DNA from: the human T2T-CHM13v2.0 reference genome, Homo sapiens
Length of the DNA stretch: 64,000 nucleotides
Assembly: GCF_009914755.1 (NCBI RefSeq)
Contig: NC_060928.1
Direction: 5' to 3' (one strand)
The position numbers and the translations under genes are program-made. Positions 1 through 15,800 of this stretch are shown here, one piece after another. Position 1 is the stretch's first letter; each line of letters begins with the position of its first letter. The notes beneath the pieces are model-generated. The model was given only the letters and a program-made list of their open reading frames with translations. It was not told the DNA's origin and did no database searches.

Positions 1-504
1 TTTGGGTACTTCAATAGTTTATGCACAGTATATAATACATACTTTGGGTAATTTGATATTTTATGTACAGTATATAATGCATACTTTGGGTACTTTGATA
101 GTTTATGTACAGTATACAATACATACTTTGGGTACTTTGATATTTTATGTACAGTATATAATATGTAGTTTGGGTACTTTGATATTTTAACTACAGTATA
201 TAATACATACTTTGGGTACTTTGATATTTTATCTACAGTATATAATAGATACTTTGGGTACTTTGATATATTATGTACAGTATATAATACATAGTTTGGT
301 TACTTTGATATTTTTTGTACAGTATGTAAAACATACTTTGGGGAGTTTGATATTTTATGAACAGTATATAATACACATTTTGGGTACTTTGATATTTTAT
401 GTACGGTATATAATACATACTTTGGGTACTTTGATATTTTATGTACAGTATATAATTCATACTTTGGGTACTTTGATATTTTATGTACAGTATATAATAC
501 ATAC

Positions 505-745
505 ATTGGGTACTTCGATATTTTATGTGCAGTACCCTATATATAGTTTGGGTACTTTGATATTTTATGTCCAGTATAAAATAAATAGTTTTGGTACTTT
601 GATATTTTATGTACAGTATATAGTTTGAGTACTTTGATATTTAATGTTCAGTTTATTATAAATGTTTGGGTGCTTTCATATTTTATATACAGTATATAAT
701 ACATACTTTGGGCACTTTGATATTTTCTGTACAGTATATAATACA
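505..745 (+). repeat. Example of the recurrent landmark cassette: run-in monomers, 35-bp monomer, 41-bp monomer, then GTGCTTTCAT and GGGCAC monomers; ~90 copies in the window
   Basis: Equivalent GTAC/GTGC positions at 594, 629 and 670 give monomers of 35 and 41 bp. The signature is CAGTATATAGTTTGAGTAC...TTTATTATAAATGTTTGGG. Most + strand ORFs ending in ...YIV* stop at this signature (628, 1082, 1786, 2408, 3610, 4358, 4980, 5728, 6056, 8022 ... 63685). Confidence 0.9.
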
Positions 746-3700
746 TACTTTGGGTACTTTGATATTTTATGTACGGTATATAATACATACATTGGGTACT
801 TTGATATTTTATGTAAAGTATATAATATATAGTTTGGTTACTTTGATATTTTATATACAGTATATAATATATATTATGTGTACTTTGATATATTATGTAC
901 AGTATATAATATATAGTATGGGTTGTTTGATATTTTATGTACAGTATATAATATATAGTTTGGGTAGTTTGATATTTTTAGTACAGTATGTAATATATAG
1001 TTTGTTTTATTTGATATTTTATGTACAGTATACAATATATAGTATTGGTACTTTGATATTTCATGTAAAGTATATAGTTTGAGTACTTTGATATTTTATA
1101 TGCAGTTTATTATAAATGTTTGGGTACCTTCATATTTTATGTACAGTATATAATACATACTTTGGGAACTTTTATTTTATGTGCAGTATATAATACATAC
1201 TTTGGGTACTTTGATATTTCATGTACAGTATATAATACACACTTTGGGTACTTTGATATTTTATGTACAGTATATAATACACACTTTGGGTAGTTTGATA
1301 TTTTATGTACAGTATATAATACATACTTTGGGTACTTTGATGTATTATGTACAGTATATAATACATACTTTGGGTACTTTGATATTTTATGTACAGTATA
1401 TAATACATACTTTGGGTACTTTGATATTTTATGTACAGTATGTAATACATAATTTGGGTACTTTAATATTTTATGTATAGTATATAATACTTACTTTGGG
1501 TACTTTGATATTTTATGGACAGTGTATAATACATACTTTGGGTTCTTTGATATTTTATGTACAGTATATAACATATAGTTTGGGTACTTTGATATTTTAT
1601 ATACAGTATATAATACATACTTTGGGTACTTTGATATTTTATGTACAGTATATAATACATACTTTGGGTACTTTGATATTTCATGCACAGTATACAATAT
1701 ATAGTTTGAGTACTTTGATATTTTATGTACTGAATAAAATATATAGTTTTCGTACTTTGATATTTTATGTACAGTATATAGTTTGAGTACGTTGATATTT
1801 TATGAACAGTTTGTTATAAATGTTTGGGTGCTTTCATATTTTATGTACAGTATATAATACATACTTTGGGCACTTTGATATCTTATGTACAGTATATAAT
1901 ACATACTTTGGGTTCTCTGATATTTTCTGTACAGTGTATAATACATAATTTGGGTACTTTGATATTTTATGTACAGCATATAATACATACGTTGGGTACT
2001 TTGATATATTATGTACAGTATATAATACATACTTTGGGTACTTTGATATTTTATGTACAGTATATAATCCATAGTTTGTGTACTTTTATATTTTATGTAC
2101 AGTATATAATACATACTTTGGGTACTTTGATATTTTATGTACAGTACATAATACATACTTTGGGTACTTTCATGTTTTATGTACAGTATATAATATATAG
2201 TTTGGGTACTTTGATATTTTATCTACAGCTTATAATATTTACTTTGGGTAATTTGATATTTTATGTACAGTATATAATACATACTTTGGGTAGTTTGATA
2301 TTTTATGTACAGTATACAATATATAGTTTGAGTACTTTGATATTTTATGTGCAGTATAAAATATATAGTGTTGGTACTTTGATGTTTTATGTACAGTATA
2401 TATTTTGAGTACTTTGATATTTTGTGTACAGTTTATTATAAATGTTTGGGTACTTTCATATTTGATGTACAGTATATAATACATAATTTGGGCACTTTGA
2501 TATTTTATGTACAGTATATAATACATACTTTGGGTACTTTTATATTTTATGTACAGTATATAATACATACTCTGGGCACTTTGATATTTAATGTACAGTA
2601 TATAATACACACTTTGCGTACTTTGATATTTTATGTAACGTATGTAATACATACTTTGGGTAGTTTGATATTTTATGTACAGTATGTAATACACACTTTG
2701 GGTAATTTGATATTTTATGTACAGTATGTAAAACATACTTTGGGTAGTTTGATATATTATGTACAGTATATAATACATACTTTGGGTACTCTGATATTTT
2801 ATGTACAGTGTATAATACATACTTTGGGTACTTTGATATTTTATGTACAGTATATAATACATACATTGGGTACTTTGATATATTATGTACAGTATATAAT
2901 ACTTACTTGGGGTATCTTGATATTTTATGTACAGTATATAATGCATACTTTGGGTACTTTGATATTTTATGTACAGTATATAATGCATACTTTGAGTACT
3001 TTGATATTTTATGTACAGTATGTAATACATACTATGGGTACTTTGATATTTTATGTATAGTATATAATACATACTTTGTGTAGTTTGATATTTTATGTAC
3101 AGTATACAATATATAGTTTGAGTACTTTGATATTTTATGTCCAGTATAAAATATATAGTTTTCCTAATTGATATTTTATGTACAGAATATAGTTTGAGTA
3201 CTTTGATATTTTATGTACACTTTATTATAAATGTTTGGGTAATTTCATATTTTATGTACAGTATATAATACATACTTTGGTCTCTTTGATGTTTTATGTA
3301 CAGTATATAATACATACTTTGTGTTCTTTGATATTTTATGTGCAGAATATAATGCATAGTTTTAGGTACTTTTATATTTTATGTACAGTATATAATACAT
3401 ACTTTGGGTACTTTGATATTTTATGTACAGTATATAATACATACTTTGGGTACTTTGATATTTTATGTACAGTATATAATACATATTATTGGTACTTTGA
3501 TATTTTATGTACAGTATACAATATATAGTTTGAGTACTTTGATATTTTATGTCCAGTATAAAATACATAGATTTCATACTTTGATATTTTATGTACAGAA
3601 TATAGTTTGAGTACTTTGATATTTTATGTACACTTTATCATAAAAGTTTGGGTACTTTCATATTTTACGTACAGTATTTAATACATACTTTGGGCACTTT

Positions 3701-6700
3701 GATGTTTTATGTACAGTATATAATACATACTTTGGGTTCTTTGATATGTTATGTACAGCATATAGTACATAATTTGGGGACTTTTATATTTTATGTACAT
3801 TATATAATACATAATTTGGGGACTTTTATATTTTATGTACATTATATTATACATACTTTGGGTACTTTTATATTTTATGTACGGTATATAATACACACTT
3901 TGGGTACTTTGATATATTATGTACAGTATATAATACATACTTTGGGTACTTTGATATATTATGTACAGTATATAATACATACTAAGGGTACTTTGACATT
4001 TTATGTACAGTACATAATACATACTTTGGGTACTTTGATATTTTATGTACAGTATATAATGCATACTTTGGATACTATGATATTTTATATACAGTATATA
4101 ATACATACTTTGGGTACTTTTATATTTTATGTACAGTATATAATATATAGTTTGGGTACTTTGATATTTTATGTACGGTATATAATACATACTTTGGGTA
4201 CTTTGATATTTTATGTACAGTATATAATACATACTTTGGGTACTCTGATATTTTATGTACAGTATACAATATATAGTTTGAATACTTTGATATTTTATGT
4301 ACTGTATAAAATATATAGTTTTCGTACTTTGATATTTTATGTACAATATATAGTTTGAGTACTTTGATATTTTATGTACAGTTTTTTATAAATGTTTCGG
4401 TGCTTTCATATTTTATGTACAGTATATAATACATACAAAGGGCACTTTGATATTTTATGTACAGTATATAATACATACTTTGGGTACTCTGATATTTTAT
4501 GTACAGTGTATAATACATACTTTGGGTACTTTGATATTTTATGTACAATATATAATACATACGTTGGGAACTTTGTTATATTATGTACAGTATATAATAC
4601 ATACTTTGGGTACTTTGATATTTTATCTACAGTATACAACACATAGTTTGTGTACTTTGATATTTTAGGTACAGTATATAATACATACTTTGGGTACTTT
4701 GATATTTTATGTACAGTATATAATACATACATTGGGTACTTTCATATTTTATGTACAGTATATAATATATAGTTTGGTTACTTTGATATTTCATCTACAG
4801 CTTATAATACATACTTTGGATACTTTGATACTTTATGTACAGTATATAATACATAATTTGGGTACTTTGTTATTTTATGTACAGTATACAATATATAGTT
4901 TGAGTACTTTGATATTTTATGTGCAGTATAAAATATATAGTTTTGGTACTTTCATATTTTATGTACAGTATATAGTTTGAGTACTTTGATATTTTATGTA
5001 CAGTTTTTTATAAATGTTTGGGTGCTTTCATATTTTATGTACAGTATATAATACATACTAAGGGCACTTTGATATTTTATGTACAGTATATAATACATAC
5101 CTTGGGTACTTTGATATTTTATGTACAGTATATAATACATAGTTTGGGTATTTTGATACTTTATGTACAGTATATAATACATACTTTGGGTACTTTGATA
5201 TTTTATGTACAGTATATAATACATACTTTGGGAACTTTGATATTTTATGTACAGTATGTAGAACATACTTTGGGTACTTTGATATTTTATGTACAGGATA
5301 TAATGCATACTTTGGGTACTTTGATAGTTTATGTACAGTATATAATACATACTTTGGGTACTTTGATATTTTATGTATAGTATAAAATATATAGTTTGGG
5401 TACTTTGATATTTTATGTACAGTATGTAAAACATACTTTGGGGAGTTTGATATTTTATGTACAGTATGTAAAACATACTTTGGGGAGTTTGATATTTTAT
5501 GAACAGTATATAATACACATTTTGTGTACTTTGATATTTTATGTAAAGTATATAATACATACTTTGGGTACTTTGATATTTTATGTACAGTATATATTAC
5601 ATACTTTGGGTACTTTGATATTTTATGTACAGTATACAATATATAGTTTGAGTACTTTGATATTTTATGTACTGTATAAAATATATAGTTTTGGTACTTT
5701 GATATTTTATGTACAGTATATAGTTTGAGTACTTTGATATTTTATGTACAGTTTGTTATAAATATTTTGGTGCTTTCATATTTTATGTACTGTATATAAT
5801 ACATGCTTTGGGCACTTTGATATTTTATGTACAGTATATAATACATACTTTGGGTAATCTGATATTTTATGTACAGTGTATAATATATACTTTGGGTACT
5901 TTGATATTTTATGTACACTATATAATACATACTATTGGTACTTTGATATTTTATGTACAGTATACAATATATAGTTTGAGTACTTTGATATTTTATGTCC
6001 AGTATAAAATATACAGATTTCGTACTTTGATATTTTATGTACAGAATATAGTTTGAGTACTTTGATATTTTATGTACACTTTATTATAAAAGTTTGGGTA
6101 CTTTCATATTTTACGTACAGTATATAATACATACTTTGGGCACTTTGATGTTTTATGCACAGTATATAATACATACTTTGGGTACTTTTATATTTTATGT
6201 ACAGTATATAATACATAGTTTGGGTACTTTGATATTTAATATACAGTATATAATGCACACTTTGCGTACTTTGATATTTTATGTAAAGTATGTAATACAT
6301 ACTTTGGGTAGTTTGATATTTTATGTACAGTATGTAATACACACTTTGGGTACTTTGATATTTTATGTACAGTATGTAAAACATACTTTGGGTAGTTTGA
6401 TATATTATGATCAGTATATAATACACATTTTGGGTACTTTGATATTTTATGTACAGTGTATAATACATACTTTGGGTACTTTGATATTTTATGTACAGGA
6501 TATAATGCATACTTTGGGTACTTTGATAGTTTATGTACAGTATATAATACTTACTTTGGGTACTTTGATATTTTATATATAGTATAAAATATATAGTTTG
6601 GGTAGTTTGATACTTTAAGTATAGTATATGATACATATTTTTAGTACTTAGATATTTTATCTACAGTGTATAATAAATACTATGGGTACTTTGATATATT

Positions 6701-8234
6701 ATGTACAATAGATAATACATGCTTTGGGTACTTTGATATTTTATGTACAGTATATAATACATACTTTGGGTACTTTGATATTTTATGTACAGTATATAAT
6801 ACATACATTGGGTGCTTTCATATTTCATGTACACTATATAATATATAGTTTGGGTACTTTGGTATATTATGTACTGTATATAATACATACTTTGAGTATT
6901 TTGATATTTTATGTACAGTATATAATACATACTTTGGGTACTTTGATATTTTATGTACAGTATATAATGCATAATTTGGGTACTTCAATAGTTTATGCAC
7001 AGTATATAATACATACTTTGGGTAATTTGATATTTTATGTACAGTATATAATGCATACTTTGGGTACTTTGATAGTTTATGTACAGTATACAATACATAC
7101 TTTGGGTACTTTGATATTTTATGTACAGTATATAATATGTAGTTTGGGTACTTTGATATTTTAACTACAGTATATAATACATACTTTGGGTACTTTGATA
7201 TTTTATCTACAGTATATAACAGATACTTTGGGTACTTTGATATATTATGTACAGTATATAATACATAGTTTGGTTACTTTGATATTTTTTGTACAGTATG
7301 TAAAACATACTTTGGGGAGTTTGATATTTTATGAACAGTATATAATACACATTTTGGGTACTTTGATATTTTATGTACGGTATATAATACATACTTTGGG
7401 TACTTTGATATTTTATGTACAGTATATAATTCATACTTTGGGTACTTTGATATTTTATGTACAGTATATAATACATACTTTGGGTACTTTGATATTTTAT
7501 GTACAGTATATAATACATACTTTGGGTACTTTAATATTTTATGTAGAGTATATAATACCTACTTTGGGTACTTTGATATTTTGTGGAAAGTATATAATAC
7601 ATGCTTTGGGTAAGTTGATATTTTATGTACAGTATATAATATATAGTTTGGGTATTTTGATATTTTATATACAGTATATAATACATACTTTGCCTACTTT
7701 GATATTTTTTGTACAGTATATAAAACATACTTTGGGGAGTTTGATATTTTATGAACAGTATATAATACACATTTTGGGTACTTTGATATTTTATGTACAG
7801 TATATAATACATACTTTGGGTACTTTGATATTTTACGTACAGTATATAATACATACGTTGGGTACTTTGATATTTTATGTACAGTATATAATACATACAT
7901 TGGGTACTTCGATATTTTATGTGCAGTACCGTATATATAGTTTGGGTATTTTGATATTTTATGTCCAGTATAAAATAAATAGTTTTGTTACTTTGATATT
8001 TTATGTACAGGTTATAGTTTGAGTACTTTGATATTTAATGTTCAGTTTATTATAAATGTTTGGGTGCTTTCATATTTTATATACAGTATATAATACATAG
8101 TTTGGGCGCCTTGATGTTTTATGTATAGTATATAATACATACTTTGGGTACTTTGATGTATTATGTACAGTATATAATACATACTTTGGGTACTTTGATA
8201 TTTTATGTACAGTATATAATACATACTTTGGGTA

Positions 8235-8725
8235 CTTTGATATTTTATGTACAGTATGTAATACATAATTTGGGTACTTTAATATTTTATGTGTAGTATA
8301 TAATACATACTTTGGGTACTTTGATATTTTATGTACAGTATATAATACATACATTGGGTACTTTCATATTTCATGTACAGTATATAATATATAGTTTGGG
8401 TACTTTGGTATATTATGTACTGTATATAATACATACTTTGAGTACTTTGATATTTTATGTACAGTATATAATACATACTTTGAGTACTTTGATATTTTAT
8501 GTACAGTATGTAATACATAATTTGGGTACTTTAATATTTTATGTATAGTATATAATACATACTTTGGGTACTTTGATATTTTATGTACAGTATATAATAT
8601 ATACATTGGGTACTTTCATATTTCATGTACAGTATATAATATATAGTTTGGGTACTTTGGTATATTATGTACTGTATATAATACATACTTTGAGTACTTT
8701 GATATTTTATGTACAGTATATAATA
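8235..8725 (+). repeat. 252-bp (6-monomer) local tandem duplication; homologous duplication at ~31060-31590
   Basis: ORF pairs 8279/8531 and 8312/8564, and 31130/31382 and 31163/31415, are each offset by 252 with the same variant order. Confidence 0.75.
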
Positions 8726-11700
8726 TATAGTTTGGGTACTTTGATATTTTATATACAATATATAATATGTATTATGTGTACTTTGATATATTATGTACAG
8801 TATATAATATATAGTATGGGTTGTTTGATATTATATGTACAGTATATAATATATAGTTTGGGTAGTTTGATATTTTTAGTACAGTATGTAATATATAGTT
8901 TGTTTTATTTGATATTTTATGTACAGTATACAATATATAGTATTGGTACGTTCATATTTCATGTAAAGTATATAGTTTGAGTACTTTGATATTTTATATG
9001 CAGTTTATTATAAATGTTTTGGTACTTTCATATTTTATGTACAGTATATAATACATACTTTGGGAACTTTTATTTTATGTGCAGTATATAATACATACTT
9101 TGGGTACTTTGATATTTCATGTACAGTATATAATACACACTTTGGGTACTTTGATATTTTATGTACAGTATATAATACACACTTTGGGTACTTTGATATT
9201 TTATGTACAGTATATAATACATACTTTGGTACTTTTATATTTCATGTACAGTATATAATATATAGTTTGGGTACTTTGATATTTTATGTACAGTATATAA
9301 TACATAGTTTGGGTATTTTGATATTTTATGTACAGTATATAATACATACTTTGGGTACTTTGATATTTTATGTACAGTATGTAATATATAGTTTGGGTAC
9401 TTTGATATTTTATGTGCAGTATATAACACATACTTTCGGTAGTTGGATATTTTATGTACAGTATATAATACATACTTTCGGTACTTCGATATTTGATGTA
9501 CAGTATACTATATATAGATGGGTACTTTGATATTTTATGTCGGGTATAAAATAAATAGTTTTGGTACTTAGATATTTTATGTACAGTATATAGTTTGAGT
9601 ACTTTGATATTTTATGTACAGTTTGTTATAAATGGGTGCTTTCATATTTTATGTACAGTATATAATACATACTATGGGCACTTTGATATTTTATGTACAG
9701 TATATAATACATACTTTGGGTACTTTGATATTTTATGCACACTACATAATACATACTTTGGGTACTTTGATATTTTATGTACAGTATGTAATACATAATT
9801 TGGGTACTTTTATATTTTATGTATAGTATATAATATTTACTTTGGGTACTTTGATATTTTATGGACAGTGTATAACACATACTTTGGGTACTTTGATATT
9901 TTATGTACAGTATATAACATATAGTGTGGGTAATTTGATATTTTATATACAGTATATAATACATAATTTGGGTACTTTGATATTTTATGTACAGTATATA
10001 ATACATACTTTGGGTACTTTGATATTTCATGCACAGTATACAATATATAGTTTGAGTACTTTGATATTTTATGTACTGTATAAAATATATAGTTTTGGTA
10101 CTTTGATATTTTATGTACAGTATATAGTTTGAGTACTTTGATATTTTATGTACAGTTTGTTATAAATGTTTGGGTGCTTTCATATTTTATGTACAGTATA
10201 TAATACATACTTTGGGCACTTTGATATCTTATGTACAGTATATAATACATACTTTGGGTTCTCTGATATTTTCTGTACAGTGTATAATACATACTTTGGG
10301 TACTTTGATATTTTATGTACAATATATAATACATACGTTGGGAACTTTGATATATTATGTACAGTATACAATACATACTTTGGGTACTTTGATATTTTAT
10401 CTACAGTATACAACACATAGTTTGTATACTTTGATATTTTATGTACAGTATATAATACATACTTTGGGTACTTTGATATTTTATGTACAGTACATAATAC
10501 ATACTTTGGGTATTTTCATATTTTATGTACAGTATATAATATATAGTTTGGTTACTTTGATATTTTATCTACAGTTTATAATACATACTTTGGATACTTT
10601 GAAACTTTATGTACAGTATATAATACGTAATTTGGGTACTTTGATATTTTATGTACAGTATACAATATATAGTTTGAGTACTTTAATATTTTATGTGCAG
10701 TATAAAATATATAGTTTTGGTACTTTCATATATTATGTACAGTATATAGTTTGAGTACTTTGATATTTTATGTACAGTTTTTTATAAATGTTTGGGTGCT
10801 TTCATATTTTATGTACAGTATATAATACATACTAAGGGCACTTTGATATTTTATGTACAGTATATAATACATACTTTGGGTACTTTGATATTTTATGTAC
10901 GTCATATAATATATAGTTTGGGTACTTTGATATTTTATGTACAGTATATAATACATACCTTGGGTACTTTGATATTTTATGTACAGTATATAATATATAG
11001 TTTGGGTATTTTGATATTTTATGTACAGTATATAATACATACTTTGGGTACTTTGATATTTTATGTACAGTATATAATACATACTTTGGGAACTTTGATA
11101 TTTTATGTACAGTATGTAAAACATACTTTGGGTACTTTGATATTTTATGTACAGGATATAATGCATACTTTGGGTACTTTGATAGTTTATGTACAGTCTA
11201 TAATACATACTTTGGGTACTTTGATATTTTATGTATAGTATAAAATATATAGTTTGGGTACTTTGATATTTTATGTACAGTATGTAAAAGATACTTTGGG
11301 GAGTTTGATATTTTATGTACAGTATGTAAAACATACTTTGGGGAGTTTGATATTTTATGAACAGTATATAATACACATTTTGTGTACTTTGATATTTTGT
11401 GTACAGTATATAATACATACTTTGGGTACTTTCATATTTTATGTACAGTATATATTACATACTTTGGGTACTTTGATATTTTATGTACAGTATACAATAT
11501 ATAGTTTGAGTACTTTGATATTTTATGTACTGTATAAAATATATAGTTTTGGTACTTTGATATTTTATGTACAGTATATAGTTTGAGTACTTTGATATTT
11601 TATGTACAGTTTGTTATAAATATTTTGGTGCTTTCATATTTTATGTACTGTATAAAATACATGCTTTGGGCACTTTGATATTTTATGTACAGTATATAAT

Positions 11701-12540
11701 ACATACTTTGTGTACTCTGATATTTTATGTACAGTGTATAATACATACTTTGGGTACTTTGATATTTTATGTACAGTATATAATACATACATTGGGTACT
11801 TTGATATATTATGTACAGTATATAATACTTACTTGGGGTACTTTGATATTTTATGTACAGTATATAATACATAGTTTGTGTACTTTGATATTTTATGTAC
11901 AGTATATAATACATACTTTGGATACTTTGATATTTTATGTACAGTATATAATACATACTTTGGGTATCTTGATATTTTATGTACAGTATATAATGCATAC
12001 TTTGCGTACTTTGATATTTTATGTACAGTATATAATGCATACTTTGGGTACTTTGATATTTTATGTACAGTATGTAATACATACTTTGGGTACTTTGATA
12101 TTTTATGTATAGTATATAATACATACTTTGTGTAGTTTGATATTTTATGTACAGTATACAATATATAGTTTGAGTACTTTGTTATTTTATGTGCAGTATA
12201 AAATATATAGTTTTCGTAATTGATATTTTATGTACAGAATATAGTTTGAATACTTTGATATTTTATGTACACTTTATTATAAATGTTTGGGTACTTTCAT
12301 ATTTTATGTACAGTATATAATACATACTTTGGTCTCTTTGATGTTTTATGTACAGTATATAATACATACCTTGGGTTCTTTGATATTTTATGTGCAGAAT
12401 ATAATGCATAGTTTTAGGTACTTTTATATTTTATGTACAGTATATAATACATACTTTGGGTACTTTGATATTTTATGTACAGTATATAATACATACTTTG
12501 GGTACTTTGATATTTTATGTACAGTATATAATACATACTT
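8700..12540 (+). repeat. Multi-kb satellite block, copy A of four
   Basis: ORF offsets are 4,178 to copy B (9060/13238, 10768/14946) and 15,152 to copy D (9842/24994, 11600/26752, 12287/27439). Ends are approximate. Confidence 0.8.
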
Positions 12541-12809
12541 TGGGTACTTTGATATTTTATGTACAGTATATAATACATACATTGGGTACTTCGATATTTT
12601 ATGTGCAGTACCCTATATATAGTTTGGGTACTTTGATATTTTATGTCCAGTATAAAATAAATAGTTTTGGTACTTTGATATTTTATGTACAGTATATAGT
12701 TTGAGTACTTTGATATTTAATGTTCAGTTTATTATAAATGTTTGGGTGCTTTCATATTTTATATACAGTATATAATACATACTTTGGGCACTTTGATATT
12801 TTCTGTACA

Positions 12810-15800
12810 GTATATAATACATACTTTGGGTACTTTGATATTTTATATACGGTATATAATACATACATTGGGTACTTTGATATTTTATGTACAGTATATA
12901 ATATATAGTTTGGTTACTTTGATATTTTATATACAGTATATAATATATATTATGTGTACTTTGATATATTATGTACAGTATATAATATATAGTATGGGTT
13001 GTTTGATATTATATGTACAGTATATAATATATAGTTTGGGTAGTTTGATATTTTTAGTACAGTATGTAATATATAGTTTGTTTTATTTGATATTTTATGT
13101 ACAGTATACAATATATAGTATTGGTACGTTCATATTTCATGTAAAGTATATAGTTTGAGTACTTTGATATTTTATATGCAGTTTATTATAAATGTTTTGG
13201 TACTTTCATATTTTATGTACAGTATATAATACATACTTTGGGAACTTTTATTTTATGTGCAGTATATAATACATACTTTGGGTACTTTGATATTTCATGT
13301 ACAGTATATAATACACACTTTGGGTATTTTGATATTTTATGTACAGTATATAATACACACTTTGGGTACTTTGATATTTTATGTACAGTATATAATACAT
13401 ACTTTGGTACTTTTATGTTTCATGTACAGTATATAATATATAGTTTGGGTACTTTGATATTTTATGTACAGTATATAATACATAGTTTGGGTATTTTGAT
13501 ATTTTATGTACAGTGTATAATACATACTTTGGGTACTTTGATATTTTATGTACAGTATGTAATATATAGTTTGGGTACTTTGATATTTTATGTGCAGTAT
13601 ATAACACATACTTTCGGTAGTTGGATATTTTATGTACAGTATATAATACATACTTTCGGTACTTCGATATTTGATGTACAGTATACTATATATAGATGGG
13701 TACTTTGATATTTTATGTCGGGTATAAAATAAATAGTTTTGGTACTTAGATATTTTATGTACAGTATATAGTTTGAGTACTTTGATATTTTATGTACAGT
13801 TTGTTATAAATGGGTGCTTTCATATTTTATGTACAGTATATAATACATACTATGGGCACTTTGATATTTTATGTACAGTATATAATACATACTTTGGGTA
13901 CTTTGATATTTTATGCACACTACATAATACATACTTTGGGTACTTTGATATTTTATGTACAGTATGTAATACATAATTTGGGTACTTTTATATTTTATGT
14001 ATAGTATATAATACTTACTTTGGGTACTTTGATATTTTATGGACAGTGTATAATACATACTTTGGGTACTTTGATATTTTATGTACAGTATATAACATAT
14101 AGTGTGGGTAATTTGATATTTTATATACAGTATATAATACATAATTTGGGTACTTTGATATTTTATGTACAGTATATAATACATACTTTGGGTACTTTGA
14201 TATTACATGCACAGTATACAATATATAGTTTGAGTACTTTGATATTTTATGTACTGTATAAAATATATAGTTTTGGTACTTTGATATTTTATGTACAGTA
14301 TATAGTTTGAGTACTTTGATATTTTATGTACAGTTTGTTATAAATGTTTGGGTGCTTTCATATTTTATGTACAGTATATAATACATACTTTGGGCACTTT
14401 GATATCTTATGTACAGTATATAATACATACTTTGGGTTCTCTGATATTTTCTGTACAGTGTATAATACATACTTTGGGTACTTTGATATTTTATGTACAA
14501 TATATAATACATACGTTGGGAACTTTGATATATTATGTACAGTATATAATACATACTTTGGGTACTTTGATATTTTATCTACAGTATACAACACATAGTT
14601 TGTATACTTTGATATTTTATGTACAGTATATAATACATACTTTGGGTACTTTGATATTTTATGTACACTACATAATACATACTTTGGGTATTTTCATATT
14701 TTATGTACAGTATATAATATATAGTTTGGTTACTTTGATATTTTATCTACAGTTTATAATACATACTTTGGATACTTTGAAACTTTATTTACAGTATATA
14801 ATACGTAATTTGGGTACTTTGATATTTTATGTACAGTATACAATATATAGTTTGAGTACTTTAATATTTTATGTGCAGTATAAAATATATAGTTTTGATA
14901 CTTTCATATTTTATGTACAGTATATAGTTTGAGTACTTTGATATTTTATGTACAGTTTTTTATAAATGTTTGGGTGCTTTCATATTTTATGTACAGTATA
15001 TAATACATACTAAGGGCACTTTGATATTTTATGTACAGTATATAATACATACTTTGGGTACTTTGATATTTTATGTACGTCATATAATATATAGTTTGGG
15101 TACTTTGATATTTTATGTACAGTATATAATACATACCTTGGGTACTTTGATATTTTATGTACAGTATATAATATATAGTTTGGGTATTTTGATATTTTAT
15201 GTACAGTATATAATACATACTTTGGGTACTTTGATATTTTATGTACAGTATATAATACATACTTTGGGAACTTTGATATTTTATGTACAGTATGTAAAAC
15301 ATACTTTGGGTACTTTGATATTTTATGTACAGGATATAATGCATACTTTGGGTACTTTGATAGTTTATGTACTGTCTATAATACATACTTTGGTTACTTT
15401 GATATTTTATGTATAGTATAAAATATATAGTTTGGGTACTTTCATATTTTATGTACAGTATGTAAAAGATACTTTGGGGAGTTTGATATTTTATGTACAG
15501 TATGTAAAACATACTTTGGGGAGTTTGATATTTTATGAACAGTATATAATACACATTTTGTGTACTTTGATATTTTGTGTACAGTATATAATACATACTT
15601 TGGGTACTTTCATATTTTATGTACAGTATATATTACATACTTTGGGTACTTTGATATTTTATGTACAGTATACAATATATAGTTTGGGTACTTTGATATT
15701 TTATGTACTGTATAAAATATATAGTTTTGGTACTTTGATATTTTATGTACAGTATATAGTTTGAGTACTTTGATATTTTATGTACAGTTTGTTATAAATA

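Noticed and set aside
221-246. Sigma70-like TTGATA ... TATAAT and TATA-box-like TATATAA in each monomer
   Set aside because: The spacer is 14 bp rather than ~17, the context is eukaryotic satellite, and there is no downstream gene. Such motifs are expected in AT-rich repeats.
3768-3850. Single-monomer duplication (AATTTGGGGACTTTTAT at 3771 and 3813)
   Set aside because: Real, but ordinary slippage-scale variation in a tandem array, so not listed as a separate finding.
9435-9546. TTCG and CGGG words suggesting a CENP-B box or alpha satellite
   Set aside because: I found no TTCGNNNNANNCGGG spacing and no 171-bp periodicity.
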